From NCBI GenBank assembly GCA_951406725.2, contig OX597815.1, forward strand, positions 143,964,001 to 144,028,000: 64,000 bases of DNA, in the 5' to 3' direction. This DNA comes from Octopus vulgaris (taxonomy: Eukaryota). The notes beneath the pieces were generated by a model that was given only the letters and a program-made list of their open reading frames with translations, had not been told where the DNA came from and made no database searches. A program made the translations under genes and the position numbers. The first letter of the stretch is position 1. Each line of letters starts with the position of its first letter. Shown here in pieces: positions 39,861 to 52,838 of the stretch.

Positions 39861-42809
39861 CATACATACATTCACAAACACACATATACATATATGTGTG
39901 TATGTGTATGTGCCCGCCTGTGTATATGTAGCTGTATTTCTACAAACTGGATGCGACGTTCGGTTAAAGAATGCGAGGGACACCTTCGTTCATCGTACTC
40001 CCAACAATCTCACACACCTCCCAAACTTCGACTTTTTTTTCTCTCATCAGAAGAATTTCCACCAATTTTGCAGAAGCCTCTTTTCATCCACTTTTCTATC
40101 ACAATGTTACTGTAAACAAAAATAATGCCGAGAAATTCTCCACCTTCGCTACTAGCTCTACATCTGACATCCTTCACACACTTTTTAAATTTTCCTAAGT
40201 ATCCCTTTCTACTCTACCATGTTCACCACGATGCACTTGCTAAATACCTAGGTAGCTTTAATCACTTTATACCAAGAATACCACTGGTTCTGGCCGTCCT
40301 GTAGCATATACGTATGTATATTATACATTCGTGTATATTCATACATTCATGACCAAGGTATCCCACCACAGCTAGCATGTTATATCTGTGATCAAGATAT
40401 TTCACTACTGTTATCATGTTAATATTCATGAACGAATAAGACAGCGAGCCGGCAGGATCGTTAGCACGCCGGGGCAAAATGTTTAATGGCATGTCTTATG
40501 TTTCTTTTTTTATGTTCTGACGCCTTTCAGCATTTTGAGGCCGATAAAATAAGTACCAATTTAGCACTGGGGTCGATGTAATCGACTTACCCCCACTCCT
40601 GAAATCGCTGGCCTTGTACAAAAAAGAAATTGAAACCAATATTCATAACCAAATTATCCCACTACAGATCCTATGTTATATCTGAAATCTCGATCAGGGC
40701 TCCGCAACCGGTAAGCCGCGACTCACTGGTGTGTCACGCAACGATGCTAGATGTGCCACGGTGTAACCTGAATATAATTTTTCCGTATACTTTTAGTTAT
40801 ATTCTTAGTTCAGATGTGCCGAAGAATATAAGTGTACTGCAAGTGAAAAAAGGTTGCGGTGCACTGGTCTAGATATCCCACTGTTACGTCCATGATTATG
40901 ATATCTCATCACAGTTGCCATCTCATATCGATGACCAAGATATCCCACCACAACTGTCTATGGTCAAGTTATCCCACCAGAGTTATATCCAATTTATATC
41001 CACGATCACCTTATCGCTATTCCAAAGCGTCATTTCACTTATATTGCCAAGGGAAACTAACGCCATATACGCGATTACAACAGAAAGATATATAACTACC
41101 ATATTTGGAACAGAAACATTAATGAAAGGCTGATACGGAATCCATCTACATTATGAGTTCAGTTCCAGCCAGACTCGTTTACGATGTCTTTCATCTATCC
41201 AGGATTGGTAAAAAAAATTACTAATTAAGTATTAGTGTAAGAAATAGCAGAATCCATCCAGAAAAAGTATTTTATCTCAATCGTTTATGTTCTGAGTACA
41301 AATCCCTTAGAAGCCGAATTTGTCCTTTTTTTCCCACTTTGATGTGAATAAAACAACATCGGCTATGTTCTTCTCCAATTTGTATCTGATTCTATATTAA
41401 TGAGAGAAATACTCATTTCATTATCAAGTCTTTTAGATACAGAAATATGCTGCAAGATTGTGATGATGTTTCAATTTCTGTTTCATGTCATTTCACTTTA
41501 CTTATATTGATAATCAGGAGAAAAGACATGAACATCATAAATTCCCGAGGAAGAGCAACGCTTGATATTTTACATAAGCTGCAAGACGGGTGGGATAATA
41601 AGATGAAAAAGCATTCTCTGACCAGAATCTTGGTCTGAATACTTGAATCAAGTTCGACTCCATTAAAGATATTCAAGTACCAGACATTGATGTGAAACCG
41701 ATCGATGGTTTAAGTCTTTTACATAAAACAAAAGCTGATATATTTCATCCGTCCAGCTTCGGCACAGTTCCCATCCAGTTAGCTTCGCTGACAAGGCTTG
41801 AGTCGACCGAAATTTATACCTAAAGCTATTTTCTCAAGATGTCGCTTAGTAGATTCAAATCAGAATCTTGAAAAAATAATTCTTAAGCATATGACCATGC
41901 GGTCATCTATACACATAATCTTGTTTCCATTTATGGGGAATTGTTCTGATTCACTTGAGAAGTTAAAACAAATATTACCAACAACAATCCTGTGTTACAT
42001 GATCCAAGATGATGCCGAAATTTTACCTCAGTGATTTTAAATAACGAAATAAATTCTTTTTGTAGTTTCAATGTGTGATTATGAAGTTTGTTTCGCACCT
42101 AGCGGTGTTGGAACCCTCCCGTTGCACAGCGGTTTGAGAAAGTGCTCACTACAATAGCCTCGAGTTGGTCAAATTTTTGTGTGAAATTTCATAAAAACAA
42201 AATGAGTGGATTTAATGTCACCCTGTTAAACCTCACCGCCTTCGGTGTCTTTGGAGGGGTTATTTAATCGTTAACCCGAGTAGAACATCAATCGATAGAT
42301 TATAAGTTCATATCACACTGCTGTTGTTGAATGCGTCGTCGACCCAGACATTTAACACGAGACGGTTTGCTATAACAACGAAGAGCAGTGTGCCTAAATC
42401 AACGACGTAAGCAGCAGGATTATTGTGGGAGATACAACCGTGATAGAGAAGCTGAATGCCCTGTAATAAATCAGGGTTATATCCCATCTGCTCAGCCAGT
42501 ACAGAAACCCCGAAAATAAGCACCGATCTCCTGGGATTGCTGGCATTCTTTAAAGAAATGAAAAAAGATATTAGCTTTGTTGGGTATTCTAATAAAACTC
42601 TAAAACCTGGAGATTCAACCTTTAACAAGGATGCTCTTTGTCTTTTCTTTTGCTTTCATCGTCTCCTTTCTCTCTTTTTCTCTTCTCTTAATTCATCACT
42701 GTCTTTGATACTCCATAACTTTCTGTTTCATATCTCCCTTTCTGTTACATTCTCTCTCTTTCTCTTTCTCTCTCTCGGTCTCTCTCTCTCTCACTCTTTC
42801 ACACATTCA

Positions 42810-42866
<57 letters not shown>

Positions 42867-43086
42867 CCCTGAAATTTTCTCCCATCTCTCTCTCTCTCCA
42901 CTCTATCCGCTCTATTCCCTCTCTTTATCCCTATCTTTCTCGTTCTTTCTCCTACCTTCCTTTAATAACTTTCTCAGTAAACTTTAATACTGGAACTGAA
43001 AATAAAGTTCTTAGAACAACAAACAAATATAACTGTGCGACAACATCAGAGCTGAGGAGATGAAACCAACCGTTACAGTAGTAGTT

Positions 43087-43134
<48 letters not shown>

Positions 43135-43167
43135 ATAGTGGTGGTGGTGGTGGTGGTAGTGGTAGTG

Positions 43168-43213
<46 letters not shown>

Positions 43214-43850
43214 CAGCAGCAGCAGCAGTAGCCGCAGAAGTAGCATCAAGCTATAATGATGTAACAGAAGATGGCGCTGTTAGAGAAACTTCAAACAAAC
43301 AACATGGACGATAAACCGTATCAGATCTCTACAGATTTACATCGCGATGGCACCAATATGGCGGTAGTAGTGTTTACAAGAGAGAGAACAGCTAATGGAG
43401 CGGGCTGGGGTGTGGTGTGGTGGGGGGTTAGAACTGTAGAAGATGCCGATGACAAATGACACTAGCGTCAGTTTAGAAGAGACCTCTTGCAACATTGGTG
43501 ACATTGAGAGAGAATTTAATACGGTCGTAGAAATAATAATACAGTTAGACATGTCACGGAAATATAAGGATATTGATGTAGGGGAATGATTAACATCGTA
43601 GTTAAGTTAATGGTGGGATCCTACTACGGCAGTAGGGATAACAATAGAGTTATCTATTGCCAGAGTGGAGCCCCTATATTTCATTATTAATTTAGTGTTG
43701 ATGTCATCCACACTGTTCTATCTGTACCAATGCATCTAATCATTAATTTAACATTGTTGTTATCCCTACAACTTTATTAGTATCACTATATTTTGTAGAA
43801 CTGAGGGAGAAGCAAACAAAGAGATAGTAATTATAAAGCAGTCTTCGTCC

Positions 43851-43900
<50 letters not shown>

Positions 43901-44693
43901 TTATGTGCGGGCGCATATTTGCGAGCATGTGTAAGAGTGCGTTTGCATATATCTGAAAATGTAATAGAGTGTGTCTCACTATGTGTATTTGTATGGGCCT
44001 GTGTTTATATTCAAGTGCATGTGTGTGTATGTGCGGTTGTCTTGTTTGTGTGTGTGTATGAGTGTGTGCATGTATGTGTGAATATGTGTGTGTTTGTAAG
44101 AGAGAGACTGGGGAGAAAGAAACGGCAAGAAGTAAAGATTTGTAGCTGATTGTCTCCCAGTAAAGAAATCTTCACCGTATGGAATACTATCGAACAAAAT
44201 CTTCGACTTGAAGAAATCGCTTTTTATCAACTTTATTACATGAAGAAACCATTTGAGAGCCTTCATTGAAAGCTGCTCTGGAAGATTGCCGGGAATTATA
44301 TTTTAGTGATGGTATTATATGTTGAATTATTTAGAAATATAGTGATCAGTGACATAGAGAGAAATATAGTGATCAGTGACATAGAGAGTGACATGGCCGA
44401 GTGGTTAAGAAGTGCACTTTTCATTTATAAGATTTCAAGTTCTGGGGCTCGATCCCACTGCGTGGCACCCTAAGTAATATTTTGGGATGACCAATGTTTC
44501 TGTGGTTCGCAACGAATAAACATTAAATGCATCGAACTCTGATGGGTGGGGCTGTACATGGAATTCAAAGTGCAGCTTTGTGAGACGATGAGTCCTGCTT
44601 TCGGATTTAGCTACGGGCAGATGTTTCTTTGGAATTTTCAGTCACTTACAACATAGTTCAATGATTTAGTAGTGAAGGTGTATGTTTCCCAGG

Positions 44694-45010
44694 GAAGGAG
44701 TGTGGCTTAGTCGGTAGGGAACTCGGCTCACGATCGTAAGGTCATAAGTTCGAGCCCCGGTGGTGCATTGAGTCCTTGAGCAAGACACTTTATTTCACGT
44801 TGCTCCAGTTAACTCACCTGGTAAAAATGAGTAATACGTGTATTTCGAAGAGCCAGCGTAGTCACACTCTGTGTCACACTGAATCTCCCTGAGAACTCTG
44901 TTAAGGGTACATGTGTCTGTGGAGTGCTCAGTCACTTGCACGTTAATTTGACGAGTCGGCTGTTCTGTCGATCAGCTGGGACACTCGTCGTCATAACCGA
45001 CGGAGTGCCA
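44694..45010 (+). mobile_element. tRNA-derived SINE (family C)
   Basis: TGGCTTAGTCGGTAG A box, GTTCGAGCCC B box, TCCTTGAGCAAGACACTT core, GTCGTCATAACCGACGGAGTGCC tail. Confidence 0.8.
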
Positions 45011-45278
45011 ACATATATATATATATATATGTGTGTGTATGTATGTATATATATATGGTTAAGATATAAAGATATATAAAGATATATATTTTTAAGAAAA
45101 ATTAAGGTATTAAGATATTTTCTTAGCATGAAACCAATGGTAGCCTTGATACGAAAATAAAGAAATTTTCTCCACAAGTGTGGTGTTAACCACTCATTTT
45201 CATTGTTCGACATTTACGTATGTGTGTCTGTGTGTGTGTGTGTGTGTGTGTGTCTGTGTGTGTGTGTCTGTGTCTGTG

Positions 45279-45316
<38 letters not shown>

Positions 45317-45337
45317 TGTGTGTAGGGTCGGTAAAAA

Positions 45338-45726
45338 TATATATCGTTGCTATTATGCAAAAGTGTCCTAAGTACAAAACGTTGTTTTTCAGAAAACATT
45401 CCATTTCTTCTTACATTCGCAACAGTTTCTGCTTAACAATAATACATTGTTGGGTGCATAAAATCGTTAACTCCATGCATGTATGATATTTTCAGTCAGA
45501 AATATTTTTGCAAAACTTCGGTATGTGGGACTTATTACACTTTTTAAAAATACTAAACTGTTGTACTACACTTTGATAATTTTTCATATCTTGGCATCTG
45601 AAGGAGCTGGAGATACGTTAGTTTGACCAAAAGAACCGGCTATTCCAAGCAAAAATAAATACTGGAAAAAACGCATTAGGTCAAATTTGGACATACGAGA
45701 GTTTAACATAATAGCAACGATATATA
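45338..45726. mobile_element. MITE with perfect terminal inverted repeat
   Basis: TATATATCGTTGCTATTATG (45338-45357) and CATAATAGCAACGATATATA (45707-45726). Confidence 0.75.
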
Positions 45727-46009
45727 TATATATGTATATATCCATATATATAGCGCACGAAAGACACTGCGAAAGCCACCACAAGACCTGGGCTTGAAGA
45801 AGCAAGCTGGAAGAAAAGACTTATTAATAAGGCAGAATCTTAATGTTCTGATATTTGAAAAGGGAAAATATATTAGCACGATTAACGCAAATGTATTTTT
45901 CGAACAACAATGAGATAGCGCTAAGCAAAGAATGCCAAAGTTGAGAGAAGTAAGGTTTGACTTGAGTACATACGCTGCAGAGAAAGAGGAAAACGTGAGC
46001 GACCTTTTG

Positions 46010-46050
<41 letters not shown>

Positions 46051-46250
46051 GTTCATCCAAACATGAACGAAGAGAAAACACAACAACGCGAGGACGTGGA
46101 ACAAGTATGGTGTTATTGGACTCTCAGGAAAGGAAAGAAAAAAGGAGGATTTAACGTTTCGAGCGGAGCACTTCGTCAGAAACATAGGAAAAGGAAAAGG
46201 TCCAAGGAAGCGAAGACGGAGGAAGAAAATCGCCAACGATACACACGCAG

Positions 46251-46254
<4 letters not shown>
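46051..46254 (-). mobile_element. ~200-bp non-coding PLE-tail-like element with minimal HHR (46149-46183)
   Basis: Homologous to 33767-33965 and 50464-50671. Minus strand GUUU-CUGACGA-A-GUGC(UCC)GCUC-GAA-ACGU-U-AAAU. Microsatellite flanks. Confidence 0.8.
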
Positions 46255-46310
<56 letters not shown>

Positions 46311-46313
46311 ATA

Positions 46314-46769
46314 TACACAGTATTTAAATAAGAGTTTATATGCTGTGGAAATCCAATAATTCGACAGATTTATGTGACGTGTCTTGTGTCTCCAAGCAAT
46401 CTTCCAGGCCCAACTCACATTGTTTGAAAACCAGGACACTGGTCTATGAGATAACACGAGAAAAACCAGAAGGGACACAACTCTTGGTTTTCTTCTTTTC
46501 TCTTCTATCTTTTCTTTCTTTTTCTGTTTTTATTCACCCTTTGTCTTCTCGTTCCGCTGTTGGCATCAACCTTCTCGTTTTTCTTCTGTTTTCTCATAGA
46601 CCGGCATTCATAGCACTAACCACGTCCATTCGCCCTAAAGGATTGCTTGGAGAAAAGATTGCTTGGAGAAAGGATTGCTTGGAAGCACAAGACCCGTTAT
46701 ATAAATCTGCAGAATTGCCATGTTTCTATGGCATGAAGCAATTAGCAGCTCTTGTTTAAATACTGTGTA
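46314..46769 (+). repeat. Long imperfect inverted repeat (arms 46314-46403 and ~46671-46769) with a 3x16-bp tandem repeat
   Basis: TACACAGTATTTAAA...CCAAGCAATC pairs with GATTGCTTGG...TTTAAATACTGTGTA. Confidence 0.8.
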
Positions 46770-46949
46770 AATAAATTAAATTTATCTCTCACTTGGTGGA
46801 GTACTTTTTTGTTGATCCTGCATATAACGGAACAGTAAACTACACACACACATACATACATACATACATACATACATACATACATACATACATACATACA
46901 TACATAGAGTCACACATGATACACACATATATATGCGTATGAATGTACA

Positions 46950-47087
46950 TACGAGGGCTGATCAATAAGTATCCGGGCTGTTGCTATAGTAACAAAGCTA
47001 AAACACCTCGAGTAATTCCGCTTGACAAAGATTGACCTTGAACTCTGCAGTGCATGCGAAACTTAGTTTTAACGTTCTAGCTCACTC
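46950..47087 (+). mobile_element. Third mariner 5' end fragment
   Basis: TACGAGGGCTGATCAATAAGTATCCGG...GATTGACCTTGAAC...GTTCTAGCTCAC matches the other two copies. Confidence 0.8.
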
Positions 47088-47177
47088 CCACTCTTTATTG
47101 CACTGCTTGGAAGGAGATTGTGTAGTGTGTGATATACGTACATAGATATACATACATTTGTGTATGTGATATACATA

Positions 47178-47325
47178 CATTAGCGTAGCCAGCGGGGGCG
47201 GTAGCGGCGGTCCGCCCCGGGTGGTAATTTCGGGTTTGCTGTAGGCAATATGTGATTTTTTTTGTGGGATCCGGGGGCGACAAACGGAAGGACCACCCCG
47301 GGTGGCACACACTCTATCCACGCTT
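47178..47325. mobile_element. Short GC-rich non-autonomous DNA-transposon-like relic (possibly hAT)
   Basis: CATTAGCGTAGCCAG start and duplicated CCCCGGGTGG motifs; the right end is degenerate. Confidence 0.35.
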
Positions 47326-47507
47326 CTTCCCTGAGAGCCTTCAAATACTTTTTCTTTCCTTCCCTGAGCGTCTTTTAATACTTTGCATGTATCATGTTCT
47401 CGTGTTGCTGTTTTTTTTTCTTGTGTTTCTTTCTTCGTTTCTTTGGAATATATATATATATTTATACACACACACACACACACACACATACACACACACT
47501 CCAATAG

Positions 47508-47830
47508 TGAAGGCACATGCCTTAATGGTTAGGGTATTCGGCGCACGATCGCAAGGCTGTGATTTCAATTCCCAGTGACATGTTCTGTTCTTGAGAAAAA
47601 TACTTTATTTCACCTTGCTCCAATTCACTCAGTTGGCAAAAATGAGTAGTACTTGTATTTCAAAGGGGCCAGCCTTGTCACATTCTGTGTCACACTGAAT
47701 CTCTCTGAGAACTACTTTTAGGGTACGCGTGTCTGTGGAGTGCTCAGCCACTTGCACGTTAATTTCACGAGCAGGTAGTTCCGTTGATCGAATCAACTGG
47801 AATCCTCGTCGTCGTAACCGACGGAGTGCC
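47508..47830 (+). mobile_element. Family C SINE, second copy
   Basis: Colinear with 44694-45010; a partial third copy lies at ~56850-56990. Confidence 0.8.
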
Positions 47831-47874
47831 GGGCTATGCTCTAGTATATTCTAATATATATATATATATATTCT

Positions 47875-47939
47875 AATTCTAACAAAAACTGTCCGACGAA
47901 CGGGAACGTGAAACTCAGAGTAACAGGTTTTGTTGAATT
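47875..47939 (+). ncRNA. Putative type I hammerhead ribozyme with U4C core variant
   Basis: AACAAAAACUGU-CCGACGA-ACG(GGAA)CGU-GAA-ACUCAGAGU-A-ACAGGUUUUGUU. Stem I pairs at 11/12 positions plus an AAUUC/GAAUU extension. Confidence 0.72.
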
Positions 47940-48250
47940 TCTGCTGCTTTTAAATAAAGTATATATATATATTATACGAAGACAATCAAGGCTGTTCAAC
48001 AGTAAAGTTCGTATCCTTATATCAGGCCCAGTAAATGCATTCATGCCACAACTGATCATTCGTGATCGCCATGACTTTATGCCTAATTAAGAAATCATTA
48101 TTATTGATAAGTTGGATATAGCATCACTGAACTGTCAGCGACCCCTATTGGCCGACCATTGTTCAAAGAGGACATAATCGATGGTTTTCTTGTTAACGTT
48201 AATTTGCCTTGTTTTATATATGTTTCGATAGTAAATTAGGTTGATATATA

Positions 48251-48326
<76 letters not shown>

Positions 48327-49000
48327 CATACGTGCATGCATACATACATACATACATACATACATACATACATACATACATACATACATACACATATACA
48401 TACATACACGCTGCAACAGTCCTGCATGTGTATCTGTGTGTATGTTTATGCATGTATGTGTATGTATTAGTGTAAGCATCCGTCAGAGTAAGTATATGTG
48501 TCTGGTAATTTTCTGTTAGTGTATGTGTGTGTGTGCGCGCGCACTCGAGCGTGCTTGCGTGTGCGTTCGTCTATTCAGAAATTCCTTTCTATATCAGTGT
48601 ATGTGTTTGCGCGTGCCATTCATTGTACATGTATTGTATGCATGTGTATTTCTATGTTTGAGTGTTTGCCACTATGCGTATGTATGTATGTATGTATGTA
48701 TGTATGCATGCATGTATGTATGTATGTATTAATGTATGTATGTATGTATGTATGTATGTATGTATGCATGGATGTACATATGCCTCAGTGTATGTGACAT
48801 ATATGATTGAATAGAAGTAATTCTGCGCGAACAAATGTATATGTATGTCTCAAACTGATCTACAGTGCACGTGTGTATACAAATGTGTTTTTGTGTGTGC
48901 GTGTTATTGCGTGTGTACATAGGCGTAGATGTGTACTTTACTGAGTGTATATTGTATCTGTATATTTGTTTCATAACTTTGCTTCATGCGATGCGCGTAC

Positions 49001-49059
<59 letters not shown>

Positions 49060-50028
49060 CTAGCATTATAACCCGGCGTTGCCGGGTCATAGTGCTAGTT
49101 TGATATAAATTTGTTAAATTAAAAATTTGGGGTAATAAAACATACAATGACATATTAAAAAGACGAATTAAAATTCCAGAGAAAAATACATAGAAGATAA
49201 ATATACAAATTTACAAAAATACATAAAAGTTCATCTACGGGCCGTTTCGAGATGCATCAATTAATATGAAACATATATATCTAAAATTGACATTCCCCTC
49301 GGCAGGATGTTTTTTACACACAACACATAGTACACGGAAACAAATGCACAATTACATACCTGCTACATGCGAAAGACCAGACATTACGTACTCCCAAAAA
49401 TTCTCATAGATACTGAATGCTACTTTATAAGCATATAATTCAATCTAGCAGCTATAGTAAATGGTATGAGCACAGCCCCATCTGGACTAATTCACTTCTG
49501 CACTCAATTAAATTTTTCATCTTTTAATTTCTCCTATTCATGCAAAGTCACATATTCGAGTTCAAGTCCTTGATAGATTTTATACTAATTGCTATTTTTT
49601 CTTTTAATTGTTATATTACGATTTAATTACCATTTTAATAAAATAAAATATATTTAATTACTACTTACTATATTTACTATATTTAATTCAATTGTTATTA
49701 TTACCTCTAACTTTTATTGCAATTTTTATTGCTAAATTTCTTATGGAACGTCGAGTGGATCTTATGCGGACAATATATATTTATATGATGTTTATATATT
49801 TCCAAACGTCGGGTTTTATGTCTGTTCTGTATATATAAATGAATATATGAATATATGTACGTGTTTGATCTTTCTGTGGATTTTGTAGTACTTTTGTAGT
49901 TGCTGCTCGCATTGCCTCCCCTCGGATTAAAAAGTGTATACAGCTCATTTGAGCACTACTGTTCCAGTCTGTTATATATTTTGAGCGTTGTTGTTACTAA
50001 CGATCTCAAGATATAATTTTATATTTTG

Positions 50029-50065
<37 letters not shown>

Positions 50066-50460
50066 CATATACATACACTAGAGAGATGTTTTTGTTTCAC
50101 TTTTAACACGTAATACTGAAATAGTGGAGAAGATATGATACTGCTGTGAGCTCGCTCTAGGCAAGAAGTTAAACATTGTTTTTACCCCCCATGAAACTAC
50201 ATGGACCCTAAGTAAGGCATGTGTAAAATTTGAATGAAATTGGTTGTGTAGTTCTCAAGTTTTAGGGAATCAGAGTGGAGAAGATATGATATAGCTGTGG
50301 GCTCGACCTAGGCAAAAAGTCGATGACACTCCCCGGACCCTAAGTAAGGCATGTGTGAAATTTGAATGAAATTGGTTGCGTAGTTCTCAAGTTTTAAGGA
50401 AACACACAGACAGACAGACACACAGACACACATTCTCAGTTTTATATATATATATATATA
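49060..50460 (-). mobile_element. Non-autonomous Helitron-like element with an internal ~150-bp tandem duplication (50124-50400)
   Basis: 3' hairpin ACCCGGC-AAC-GCCGGGT followed by CTAG|T. The other end has TATATAAAA plus GTCT repeats; the 5' TC is not visible within (TA)n. Confidence 0.65.
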
Positions 50461-50463
50461 AAT

Positions 50464-50671
50464 TTAATCCAAACAAGAAAGCAAAAACAAAAAAACACAA
50501 CAACGCAAGGACGTGGAACAAATAAAGTATTATTGGACGCTCAGGAAAGAAGGGAAGAAGGAGGGTTTGACGTTTCGAGCGGAGCTCTTAGTCGGAAACA
50601 TAGGAGAAGGAAAGATCCCGAGAAGGGAAGACAGGGTAAAAAAAATCGCTAGTGGTACAGACGAAGTCACA
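50464..50671 (-). mobile_element. Copy of the ~200-bp HHR element (HHR 50565-50599)
   Basis: Direct sequence similarity; CCGACUA-A-GAGC(UCC)GCUC-GAA-ACGU-C-AAAC. Confidence 0.8.
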
Positions 50672-50680
50672 TACTGAAAG

Positions 50681-50711
<31 letters not shown>

Positions 50712-50803
50712 TGTATGTATGTATGTATGTATGTATGTATGTATGTATGTATGTATGTATGTATGTATGTATGTGTGTGTGTGTGATATATATATATATA
50801 TAT

Positions 50804-50880
<77 letters not shown>

Positions 50881-51110
50881 CAGATGGATGGATAGATAGA
50901 TGTGTGTGCGTGTGTGTGTTGTTCATCCCCGCTTGACAACCGATGTTGCTGCGTTTGCTTCCCCGTAACTTAGCGGTTCTGCAAAATAGTCCGACAGAGT
51001 AAGCATTAAGTTTGCAACGAATAAGTCCTGGGGTCTATTTGTTCGACTAAAGGCGGTCCTCCAGTATGGCCGCAGTCAAATGACTGAAACAAGTAAAATA
51101 ATAAAAGAGT

Positions 51111-51206
<96 letters not shown>

Positions 51207-52127
51207 TACGACGGGTTTCTTTCAGTTTCCGTCTACCACGTCCATTCACAACGCTTTAGTCGGCCCGAGGCTATAGCAGAAGACTCTTGCCCAAGGTGCC
51301 ACGCAGTGGGACTGAACCCAGAACTATGTGGTTCGTAAGCAAGCAACTTACTACACAGCCATTCCCACACATACACACACACATATATGCACGTGAGTGA
51401 GGGCATGTATATGTTTGTCATGATATACATAAATATACAAAGCTATGTATTTCTGTGCATGAAGTATGACGCACCTTCTGTAATTGAAAAACCCACATAA
51501 CAAAATATGCATTACGTATAGATCCATGCATATCCATTAACAAACATCCCCCCTCTCTATTACACGCAACGTATATGTATTGTGTGTGTGTGTGTGAGTG
51601 ACTGTGTGTCTGTGTGTGTAAACACATGTAGATAATTCGCATTCTTATATGCAAAGCAAAGAGCATAGCTAAATTCACATGTATACTTTAATCAGACGCG
51701 CATGCCCGCGCAAATATATTGTACAAATAGTTTTCAAAATCTGCATATGTTTGTGTGCATACATACATAAATTAAATATGCCCATATGTAGATATATAGG
51801 TTATTAAAAAGGAGTCTGTATATATACATATATACATACATATGTGTGTGTATGTGAGTGCTTGTGTGTATGGATGTATATATGTGTGTTTATGTATGTA
51901 TGTATGCATGTATGTATGTATGTATGGATGGATGGATGGATGGATGGATGGATGGATGGATGGATAAACAACGGCACACATGCGCGTATATATGTATATA
52001 TATATAAACATATATGTATGTATGTATGTATATAACTATATGCGTGTATGTGTGTGCGCGCGCGTATGAATTCCGTATATTCTTTTTTTTGTGTGCGTGC
52101 GCTCATGAGTATTTCACGCATGTGCGC

Positions 52128-52168
<41 letters not shown>

Positions 52169-52671
52169 TTATATGTGTGTGCGCGCGCGCGTGTGCGTCT
52201 GTGTGTATGGCTGTGTGTGTGTATGTATAGAAGACCTGAGTGAAACGCTGGCCAGTGCAGGCGTCATCGGAAACATTGGAAAATTTTATAACAAAATTAA
52301 ATATTAAACATTAGTGTTTCATTACAAAACACACCGACAGGTTTGATTGTTACAGGAAGTTTAGTATCGAGAGCCAGACAAGCTAATGGCCGCACCGGAA
52401 GTCGACGACAATGCTTGCTATCAGTACCTGTTTGCGGCCATTAAGAAGAACAGGTTGTACCAGTCAATAATAGCCAGATTACTCACTGCTTTCACAGTTA
52501 GACAAGCTGTGACAAGAGAACCGTACTAAACAACCGCCATCGGCGTTGTCGGTGCGTTTTTGTTATATATATTTTTTTTTAATAAATATTTATTTTTATG
52601 TGTTTTAAGTTTTGGGTTCAAAGTGGATTTATTTGTTTTTGCATCAACATAACCAATCTCGTTCTTCTTTT

Positions 52672-52725
<54 letters not shown>

Positions 52726-52791
52726 AACTACCACTACTACTACTACTACTGCCGCTGCTGCCGCTACTGCCCCTACTGCCGCTACTGCTGT

Positions 52792-52838
<47 letters not shown>

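Noticed and set aside
39990-40250. Possible very old PLE relic (PCSPRCTC*), and similarly 16000-16900
   Set aside because: Only a few residues match; needs a TBLASTN/HMM search.
44390-44470. tRNA-like A/B boxes here and at other SINE heads
   Set aside because: No complete cloverleaf; they continue into SINE bodies.
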